In this document: positions 40,540-50,575 of the stretch, piece by piece
Layout: each line of letters opens with the position of its first letter
Position numbering within the stretch: position 1 is the first letter of the stretch
NCBI RefSeq assembly: GCF_036321535.1
Contig: NC_087437.1
Coordinates: 69,814,001-69,878,000 of the forward strand
Direction: 5' to 3'
DNA from: Camelus dromedarius
Taxonomy: Eukaryota
Length of the DNA: 64,000 bases
Position numbers and translations under genes: made by a program
Notes under the pieces: model-generated
Told to the model about the DNA's origin: nothing
Database searches by the model: none
The model's input: the letters and a program-made list of their open reading frames with translations, nothing else

Positions 40540-42347
40540 TCACACTTGAGAGGCTGAGAATAGCCCAGAGACTAGGTTCCTATTAATTCTGAAAGCAGGA
40601 GAGAGAACATATCCAGAGCAAAGAGAGCAACACTGGGGGAAGTGTGAGAGGAGGGCCTCAGGTCAGGAATTACTGCTATTTAATTAAATGAGAAAAGCAG
40701 ATGAATAAAGTGGAGGCACCCTTATTTTTACCAGGGGGCGGGGGCTGAGCTGGTGGCAAAGAGCTGGTTTTATGATTTATTCCTGGGTCTGAGGACTCAA
40801 ATCCAGCCAGAGTGCCTGAACTAAACAAAACCTTTTTCTTGAACCAACTATTCCTGTTGTTTGTTTCACAGTTGTGTGGAGGTAGATAGGGAAATCTATT
40901 TAGAACCATTCCATGGATGCCATTTTTGTTGCTCTGATTATATCCAACCCCCCCCCCCCCCACCAAGTGGCATACTACTTATGCCACACAGCTCCTTGGA
41001 AGAGTTTAGTGACAGTGTTCATCACGGCACCAAGAACCAGCTTTGTGGCTCTGCCAGGAGAAAACAGTGCACCCTTTGGAGCTATTGAAGAGAAAATTCT
41101 CTCCTTTCTGTTTTTGAAACCAGTCAAGCAAATTCTACCCCTTCTGGATTAATCCAGATGAACCTGCTTTCCAAGGATTTATGATAACCTGATCTCCGAG
41201 CCAGAGCCATTAGGTTCATTGGGTAAAAATAAGGAGGTATTAAGCCTGATTCTGAGTTCTTGAAGTCAATGAAAATTATTTTCTTTTCCTCTTGACAACT
41301 ATGAGATGTGTCATAAGCCTCTTGTGTGACTCAAGTGCCACACAGAACACGACGTCTGTGTCCAGCACTGTGAAACTCCAAAAAATGACAGGTTATAACA
41401 CAGGGAAGCCTTGGAGACTGTTCCGAACTCCAGAGTTCCAGGAAGACAGGATGATGCAACCACTCTGCCCACAATTTGGATTTACTCAAGTCAATGATTT
41501 CTTCATCCTCCTGTGTCAGTTCAGGACTAGACCCAAGAATAGGAATAAAAGATTCCTAGGGGATTCCTCTCCCAACGGTTGGGGCAACTCAGTGACTCCA
41601 GGTTAGAATAATTCGCTAGTTTCTCCCCAGGCTGAACTCATAGCAAAAGCTATGTCAAAGCCTGGTACCTCTGCATCTCTAGTAAATGCGTGCACATCAG
41701 CCTGCCTGTGGCAATGCAGAGAATCACCCCAGAAACACACAACAGATGATTTAAATCACTGTGGAGAATCAAGGTAACAAGGAGGTACTGGTGGCAGTGG
41801 TGGAGGGGGTGTGCAAAAGAGACTTAGACAAAGATTCTCCTTTTACCAATTGTCTGAAATTTCACCATCATTCCCTTATTTTAAGGTTTAAAACAGACAC
41901 TGAAAGCTAACACTATAGAAGCTCTCTAAACTGGTTTGTCTTCCCTTCTAGGCTACATATTTTATCAGATTAAGCTAAAATACTTAGGGTTTTATCATAA
42001 GGTGCCCAACTCCCCACCCACTCCAAAAATTTTTAAATATTCCCTTTGCTTAGTAGGCTAAGAAGTTATGAATTGCTTTAGCATTTGAGCAATTTATGGG
42101 ATGGACCCAGCCTGTCCTTCTTGCTTCCCTCATGAGCACATTCTTTACTTTAGCCAAGCAAATCCACATGTTGCTCATTGAACACGCTCCTCATTCCGAG
42201 GGTTCTGTGAACTCACTTACAGGTTGGCTCTCCACAAACACCTTTCTGTGTTTTGTGTTGGCTGGAACCCCACACACCCTTCACAACCCATCCCAATCCT
42301 CACGTCTTGGTTGGAGAGTTTTCTCACATCCTCCTCCTTGGGCAGCC

Positions 42348-42638
42348 TAGAGGTCAGCAAACTTTTTCTGCAAAGGGCCAGGGAGTAAATACTTTTGGCC
42401 TTCTGAGCCACATGGTTCCGGTTGTTCAACTCTGCTGTTGTGGAGTGAAATAAGCTTAGCTGCAACATAAATGAGTGAACATGACTGTGTTACAATAAAA
42501 CTGTATTTATGAACAGTGAAATTTGAATTTTACATAATTGTAAGGGATCATGAAATATCATTACTCTTGATTTTCTGGAAGCCATTAAAAAAATGTAAAA
42601 ACCACTCATAGCCTGAAGGGGTAGTTTGCCAGTCCCTG
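42348..42638 (+). mobile_element. MER58-like hAT-Charlie MITE
   Basis: TIRs tagaggtcagcaaac and gtttgccagtccctg. Internal caataaaactgtatttatgaacagtgaaatttgaattt. Confidence 0.82.
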
Positions 42639-42873
42639 GGACAGGGTTTACATCTATGTTAAACTCCACATGCTGCTCACTGAAAACTGCTCCTCATTCC
42701 CTGAGTTCTGTGACCTCACTTACAATTTGGTCCTCCTCAAACATCTCCCTCTGCTTATCTATCCATCTGCCTCTCTATCTTTGCATTGTAGTTATTGACG
42801 TTAGCTATTCTTCGAACTCATTACTCCATAAACTCTTTGAGGACAGGAATATTGTCTTATTAATAATAGAGAC

Positions 42874-43690
42874 TGTGACATTGTGATTTATAATAAAAAA
42901 TATATATTGATCTTCATCCTCATTTTTGGCAAAGAGCTCCTAAAACCCTTGGAATTTCTGGTGATGAGAGCAATAAAAGTGTTTTGTTATGTTAATGAGG
43001 TGATGGGGTGGAGGGGCTGGTTGCCAGGAGAACTTTCAGTCCCACCCTCTGACCTCCTGGGAGGAGAGAGGCCGGGAGATTGAATTAATCACCAATGGCC
43101 AATGGCCAATGACTGTGTAATGAAGCCTCTGTACAAACCCAGAAGCACAGGGTTTGGAGAGCTTCCAGGTTGGTGAACATGTGGAGATTTGAGGAGTGTG
43201 GCGTGCTCAGAGAAAGCATGGAAGCTCTGCACTCTTTCCCCATACCCTGGCCTAAGCATCTCTTCTATGTGGCTGTTCTTGAGTTCTATCCTGTTATAAA
43301 CCAGTGAACTAGCGAGTAAATGAGTTTCCTGAGTTCTGTGAGCTGCTTTAGCAAATTAATCAAACCCGAGGAGGGGGTCATGGGAACCTCTGACTTACAG
43401 CCATTTTCAGAGGAACAGGTAATAACGTAGCCTTGCAGTTGGCATCCTGAGTTGGAGAGGGTTGTCAGAACCTCCAATTTGTAGCCAGTCAGAATCACAG
43501 GTAACAATCAGAGCTTGCGACTGGTGTCTGAAGTGGAGGGCGTCTTGCAGGACTGAGCACTTTACCAGTGGAATCTGCTATCTCTGGGTAGATAATGGTG
43601 GAACTGATTTGAATTGTAGGACACCTAGCTGATGTCTGGAGAATTGCTGGTAGTGTGGTATGCCCCTCTCCCCACCGCCACATGGCACTG
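42874..43690 (+). mobile_element. MER21-like LTR
   Basis: Starts tgtgacattgtgatttataataaaaaatatatatt...gagctcctaaaacccttggaatttc. Internal gagttctgtgagctgctttagcaaattaatcaaacccgaggagggggtcatgggaacc. Confidence 0.8.
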
Positions 43691-43694
43691 GGTT

Positions 43695-44205
43695 TGAAAT
43701 AGGAGGAAAGGGGGCAGGACACAACCACTGAAGGAATGACAGCAATTGAGGACAGGACAAACTGGTTAGGACCAAGATGGCAGAAGATTTGACTTCCAGT
43801 AGACCTTGAGCCTCATGGCACATCCACAGGCACTGTGACAGTTCCTAGGCTGAACTTAAAAGGTCAAAAAGTAGGCAGGGGGCGGGGGGAGTCTGTTTCC
43901 CAGATATCCTTACCCCTTGTCCAAAGTAGTTGTAATAACCCTACTCATTAGCATATAAAATTACCAAGCCCATAAAACCTAACAACTCCGCACCTCGTGG
44001 TCGCGTTCTCTCGTCTTCTGAGACGGCCCCGCTTTCTATGGAGTGTGTATCTTCCTTTACTTTAAACTAGACATCCTCCCACCTCTCAGTCTCTCTTTCT
44101 CTCACCTTTCTGAGATGGCCCACATTCTGCTGTGCAGTGTGTATCTCCTAAGCTGCTTCCCCTTCTGAGTGAGACAGAATTCTTTTCCTGGGCAAGGCAA
44201 GAACC
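43695..44205 (+). mobile_element. MER41-like ERV1 LTR abutting the MER21-like LTR
   Basis: Starts tgaaataggagg. Motifs tagcatataa...ccataaaa, ctatggagt...ttcctttacttt and gaattcttttcc...caagaacc are colinear with MER41-type LTRs as I recall them. Imperfect internal duplication of about 50 bp (44006..44055 vs 44097..44148). Confidence 0.62.
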
Positions 44206-47200
44206 TATTCTATAAAAGGTTCAGGACTCTAATTTTAAGACGCTAACATTTACTGATCACTTTGCTAAGGCATGAGCCAAATGTTTTGCAGGAAAATCTC
44301 ATAACAAACATATGAGGTAGGTATGACGATAAATATAATAATGTATGAGGTAGCGGCATTATTATTTTCACAGATGACAAAACAATACTTGGGGAGGTTC
44401 TATATTTAGTAAGAGTAGAGCTATGATTTGATTATTTAGGCAGACCGCAGAGCTCACCCTCTCTACCATATATACACGCCATATAGACACATGTATAGAG
44501 TGATAGCCTCTATCACTGTTTCACATACTAAGGATTTAATAAAAGCCTGGTGAACGTGTGTTACAGTTGGGATTAAATTGCTTCTTTCCTGAGAACAGCT
44601 TCTAACAAGAAAGACTGAAAAAGAGCTCACAGAGCAACTGAAAGAGGCCGGGCAGAGCACTGGGAGGCAGGCAGTCTTCAGAGAAGTGAGAAATGGGTGC
44701 CACTGAAGCTCCCCTGCCTTCCAAGAGCCCTGCCCTGTCACTGCCCAGCTGTTCGCTTAACTCAGACACTGCACAGAGGCACTCAGACCTGCATCCGGGT
44801 ATCACACGCAGCTGGAGAAGAAGTGCAGGACCCAAGTGACCCCGGGAAGATGCACAGAGAGCCCTGCTGAGCCCCAGGGGCAGGGCTAGGCCTGTGAGCT
44901 CACAGCGTGCCAGCTGCACTCCCAGAAGGAGAGAAATGAGCTGCAGCTGGGAGGACACTTGTGCGACAGAAAAAGGACTTTTTTTTTTTAACCATCAGAG
45001 TTGAGTGAGTTGCTTATGTGCAAAAGGTTTTGTGGAAGCAAGTGAGATGGTGCTAAGTCACTAGACAAAAGATCACACCCTCCAGCTCAAGATCCCTGTC
45101 TCTAGGGACTGTTTCTGACAGTCTCGGGTCTGGGTGAGACAGAGCAGGGGAAGGCAGCTAGATTAGCTGAGGGAGCACAGGGACCTGGTAACAGAAAAAA
45201 CAAGGGCTCCTTAAATCCCCAGGTTGTTCTATCAGTGAGAAAAGAAAGGCGAGGAGGAAAGATGGTGTCCACAGTTTTGCTGCTCAGATACGGAGCAGCA
45301 GCATCTGTACCTCCCACAGCTGGACAGCAACGCCCTCTCACCCTGCCCCAGATCCACTGCTCAGGATCTGCATTTTCACAAATCTTTTGCACATCACAGC
45401 ATAAAATGTACTGGCCTGTAACACTCAGACTAAACACACCTGTCCTGGGAGATCCTCAGTTCCTTTTGAATATCTCCTTAAACCAGAGTACAATTTCAGA
45501 TGTGCCTCTATTATGAAATTTAGAGAAATAAGAAGCAGCAGGTAAATTAGCAAAAGCCCAGGATGGGCAATCAGGAGACCACGGTTGTAAATCTGACACA
45601 TCCCATCCCAACCCAACCTCATGGAAGTCTCTTCACTTCTCTGGGCCTCGGTTTCTGTGTCTGTACCCTGGGGGAATTGATGAGGAGATTTAAGATTCAA
45701 ACATTCAAAGTATCAAAGTCCTAATTGTGTGCGAATGTATATATGTTCTGTTTTCTTCTTTCCTGAAAAAAGCAAGCATCAAAGAAGCTGACTGTGACCT
45801 AATCCTACTCAGAATGGACAGGGTCTCTTCCCCAAACTTTAACCTCTACTGTGACTTACCTTCTATAATTAGTTACGTAGTACATTGAACATATCATGAG
45901 ACTAAGATCTTTCTCAAATGTGCCAGTCCCCGGGAAGGATTACTGAGTACACACAGGATATATCCGCTGGCCAGCCTCCTCTGCGCAGAGACTCTTGACT
46001 CTGCATAGTTCAAGTTGCCTTTACTTCTATGCTTCTGCAAGCTATCAAATGACCCACCTCATTAGGAAAGCAGAAACCACCTTCCTTTAAGCATCTAATT
46101 CCAACCCTCTCAGGATGCAGGGACACATCATTCATCAGTCAGCAAAAAGCTGTACCTTCCCCAAAACCTTTGCAGGAGAGTGAAGGAACGCCTTACTCGA
46201 CAATTTTTAAAGCCAACTTGTCAGTCTGTATGGAAAATCTGAATGAAACCTCCCGTCCTAGTTGGGGGGAGGGGTGGAAAAAAGCAAGACTGCTAAAAAT
46301 AAATAAATAAGACATGCAAATCACTCATCCTCTGCCACAGTCAGCTTCAACCTATTTAAACCAGAAAAAGAGGTCAGAACACAGGGCGAGAAAGCTCTAA
46401 CTCCTGTCAGCTGCCTAACCCTCATCACTTGCAAATGGGGTTGACCTTCCTTCCTCTGCAGCTCCTCCATTCTCCCAGGTCAAGATGGACTCACTCAAGA
46501 AATAGCCAGGGCACTATGTCAGCCAATTGAAACTTAGCTAATTTTCTGGTCCCTGTAAATGATCCGTTTGACCAGGAACACATTGTAACCAGTCCCCAAA
46601 CAACGAGCCAACTCTGGGCTCTATACTTAAATCTTTGGTCCTTATTCTTCACCCCTTAGAAGCATCCTGCCTTCTATCCAGTTTTGCAGTTGTCTGGACC
46701 CTTGAGACCAGACACTGCTGTCTTCATGAAGTGTTAAATAAAGTTTGTTTGTATCACTTAAATTATCTTCTGTAATAATTTTTAACAATATTACTGAATG
46801 AATGGCAAATGCATGCTGGTGCCATGTTTCCAGGCTAAGAGAGAATCTCACACGCAGTGTAACTTTGGCCACATCTACAGAAGTCATTGCACTTCTTCCA
46901 CCTGCTCCGCTTACCCTCCCCACCGCCACCCCCCAGAAACTCGTTTGCAATTGTCTATGGAGCCTGTATTTCATCCTGGGAAATGGAAAGCTCAAACGAA
47001 GAAGCCTGGATAACTTTTTTTTTTTTTTCCAGTGATAAAGGGTCATTGTCTGCGGCCCTGACCTTAGCTGATTTTCTCGCCTCTGATGTATCCTAATGAC
47101 AAGGCCATTCCTGTATGGTATCCAGAGGGCTTTTCTTGCTGACGTACAGCAACCTCCCTGCCTGCCCGCTGCTCAGCGTCTCCCCTACTTCTGATAGAGA

Positions 47201-47279
47201 AACAGGCGCCAACAGCCGGAGCAAAGCTAATGTGCTCTTTGCAGCCCCCAAGCAAGGAAAAACTGGGAGTGACAAGAAT

Positions 47280-47800
47280 GCGACTTGCAATTGAACCAGC
47301 TTTCTCTCCTCTTCCTTCCCCACCCACTGTGTAACCTTGACGCGACAGGGGCCTCAGTCGCCGGGGGGAGGCTGCGGCTGTGCTGCCGCCGCGGGGAGGC
47401 GAAGGCAGGCGGACTGATGAGGGCGAGGGAGGGGCCCGTGCACCGCGCTCCGATGATGCTCTACCACGGACAGCCCTGGGGCACGGGCTGATGCTTTTGT
47501 TGTCCGAGCCACTGAAAGGAGCAATTATCTTCCAAACGAGAGTCCGTGCAGGTTCGTTAAGATAAAACTGAACTCCTCGGTGTTCCGGGAGCGCAGGAAG
47601 CCTCCCCCGAGGTTTGGGGCCTTGGAGGAGGGGCTCCGAGGGCGGCGGTCCGAGCCACGCCCTGCGGTCCCTCGGGTCCGGCGGCCGGACCACGCCCGCA
47701 GCCGGGGACGCGGGCGTAGGGAGGAGCTGACTGGTGGCAGCCCAGGAGAAACAAAGGGATGAGATCACCCTGAAGAGAGACCGGAGGCAACGCCTAAAGG
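47280..47800. promoter_or_regulatory. Intronic CpG island / GC-rich regulatory element
   Basis: Abrupt GC- and CpG-dense segment (gccgccgcggggaggcg, cgggtccggcggccggaccacgcccgcagccggggacgcgggcg) in otherwise CpG-poor DNA, with no repeat signature. Confidence 0.78.
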
Positions 47801-48812
47801 AGGCAGAAAATGAGTCGGAAGAGGGACCTTGGGATGGAAACCCGAGTCAGAATGCTGGGGGAGGGGGCCGGGAAACAAAGGCTGAGTGACTTGGGGAAGA
47901 GAGACCTAGCTGTCAGTTGTATGCACTGGACAGAAACAGGAGAGAGACACCAATCAGAACCAATCCTGCTTAGGAAAAAATTTTAAAGTTTGCTTAAAAC
48001 CTTTCCTCTGCTCCCCAACATGTCCCACAAGCTCCCACATTTGTGTCAGTTTTTTGGAATGAGATGATAGATACATAGAAAGAGATAGATGTTTTAAAAA
48101 ATGCCTGAGATGGTCTAGGAACAGGCTTCAGGATGTCCCTGAATCTGAAGTAGTATGCCTTGTAGTTCAAGTATATGATTATTGTACTGTTGAATGTCCA
48201 TAGCTTTTCTAAGAATGTCAGAGGTCACCAAAAAAAGTTAAATGTTACTAGGCTTGGGAAGCACTGTGAAAAGAAGCAAACAAACAAACAAAAAAACCCA
48301 AAACACCAAAACCCAACAAACCCACCTAAACAGCGTATGACAGCAGAGGATAGGAGTTTTGTAACATCTCCCCTCTTGGTTAATCAGATTAATACCGGTC
48401 ACCTAGCCAAAATAAACACTTTGAAGGCAAGAGGCCAGAGGCTAGTACATTCTTATTTGAGGGACGACTGAAGGCTGGATCATGAATGATCAAGAGGGTG
48501 GAGGAGAAGCTGGGAGGCAGTCACCCAGCTGTGGGCGGGTTCGTGGAGAAAAATTACTGGCTTTGTCTGTCTTTAGTTTTGTCTAGGTTGACCTTGAGGC
48601 AGGTCACCAGAGGGGAAAGCCTGTACATCCCCTTGTAAGAAGAATATTAACTAATATTCTAGAGCCATTTTTGTGCCTGTTTGGATCTCTACCCAACTGT
48701 AAGTTAACTGAGGGACTTTGTCGGATTGGCCATTTCAACATCCGTTCCTAGCATAGTTCATGAGACATAGTGGGCACTCAGTATTTGTGGAATAAATGAA
48801 TGAATTACCAAG

Positions 48813-49344
48813 TGCTAACTAAAAATTGGCACTAGCCATCTGCCTCTACAAGGGTTGGATCACGTTGGTACTTGCCATCTACCTCTGCTCAGACTAAATA
48901 ACGAGCCGCTGACCTCCAACACTCCCCGAAAAGAGTTCAGGATGGAGGTCAGGAATGAGGAGCTCTATATTCTGGGAAAACTGGCTGAATAGGCCTTCAG
49001 ATAGATATTTTCAGGAGAAGATTTTGTGAGCCCAATTCTTGTGTCTCTTCACGTCTAGAAAAGCACTAAAATCATTAACGGTGACATCTGCTCCTTGTGA
49101 CTAGCAGCAAGCCTCTGCCTAAATGTGTGCCTGGCTGAATGTACCCCCTTCACTGAAATCGTGTGCTTTGCTGAATGTACCCCCTTCACTGAAATCATAT
49201 ATAATACTGAGTTCTCCCCCTGCCTCTTTGGAACAGTTTCTCAGAGCTTTCTAGGATACTGTCTCCTGGGCTATCGTCCTCATTTTGCCCCAGATAAAAC
49301 TTAACCCACAACTCTCACGTTGTGTTATTTTATTTCAGTTGACA
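48813..49344 (+). mobile_element. ERV1-class solo LTR (MER34/MER39-like), 532 bp
   Basis: tgctaactaaaaa ... tttcagttgaca termini with 4-bp flanks caag/taag. Typical 3' part ctctttggaacagtttctcagagct...gtcctcattttgccccagataaaactt. Confidence 0.75.
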
Positions 49345-49417
49345 TAAGTGACGCACATAATTCTTCTCCCCTTTTCCTGATAAACTGACCAGGAAGCAAG
49401 AGGCCCTGGGATCAATT

Positions 49418-49431
49418 GCGCCATCTGGTGG
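49418..49431 (-). promoter_or_regulatory. CTCF core motif
   Basis: The minus strand reads CCACCAGATGGCGC, a full match to CCASYAGRKGGCRS with its CpG retained. Motif only. Confidence 0.65.
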
Positions 49432-50264
49432 AAACTATGGGTAACTGATAAAATCTCTTACCCAGTGTTCCTTTCTTCTGCCTCGGGGGTGACCATACAT
49501 CTTCTCCTTAGACCTAAGCAACTCACCTCTCCTACACTTCCACTCAGGTCATCACCTAAACCATCACATAAACCGCTCATTTCCTCTCTAATCTCCTCTC
49601 CTTTTTCTCTGTCTTCCCCTTGCCCTGACTTCACCTCCCCACAATGGCATTTCTTCAAACTTTTGCCGAATCAGCATGGGAAATTTCCTTTTTATCAATC
49701 CGTCTTTTCATTCCTTTTGAGAATCCTATCATGACCCAAAGTTACCTAATAAACAGGAATTGTGCTATAATGTCCATTCTGACTACTGTTGAATAGGGCT
49801 GACATAACAGCTATAGATCAGAAAAGGGAAGTTTTAGGGGAGGTGTGTGTGAAATTAGATATAAAGAACTGGTTCTGTTACTTCCCCAGACTGAATAATG
49901 ATACTGTTTTCTCCTACGTTTTCACTGCAAATGTAAAAATTCCACTACATTTTGGATCAGCCTGAATTTTATAGGCAGCTCTGGAAACATTAACACCATT
50001 TTATGTTGTTTCTCTGGCAAAAAACATTTTTAAGTTTCAAGTTTATTTACTTTTTAAAAGCAAGCCATTTGTAGCTGAGAAATTGCTTGCCCTTAAAAGA
50101 ATCTGTTTTCTAAGAGGCTGTCCTATTATGATACTAACACTTTCTTGGAAATGGGAAAGACAGATAAAGTTTCCATTATTACAAAACTGAAATTTAGCAT
50201 AGACTAATGACTTTCTCCCAATCAAACTACAGACTGGCAGAAAAAGTTCTCATTCACCTAGATG

Positions 50265-50440
50265 AAGGCTTTCCAACCTCAGTGTATGTATTTTACCACT
50301 AGGGTGCTTGTGTAAATCAGATTCATGGCCCTGCCTCCTATGATGCTGAGGAAGTCTGGCGTAGGGCTGCAGAGGGCCTGAAATGCATTTTAATAAGCAT
50401 CCTAGTGGGTTTAGACCACAATGAGGATGATAAACTGAGG
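50265..50440. mobile_element. Degraded MER5-like hAT relic
   Basis: gtctggcgtagggc...gggcctgaaatgcattttaataagcatcctagtg. Confidence 0.45.
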
Positions 50441-50500
50441 CACATTCCTGTTCCTGTTTTCCAAAGAGCTTCCTTGATTTTATTGAAACTGTCTATATCA

Positions 50501-50575
50501 AAAGGAAAGGAAAGGAAAGGAAAGGAAAGGAAAGGAAAGAAAAGAAAAGAAAAGAAAAGAAAAGAAAAGAAAAGA
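50501..50575. repeat. Compound pentanucleotide repeat (AAAGG)7(AAAGA)8
   Basis: Counted directly from the sequence. Confidence 0.95.

Noticed and set aside
47064..47768. 234-aa minus-strand ORF
   Set aside because: Pro/Arg/Gly/Ala-rich, non-ATG start, no recognisable domain. Explained by stop-codon scarcity in a CpG island.
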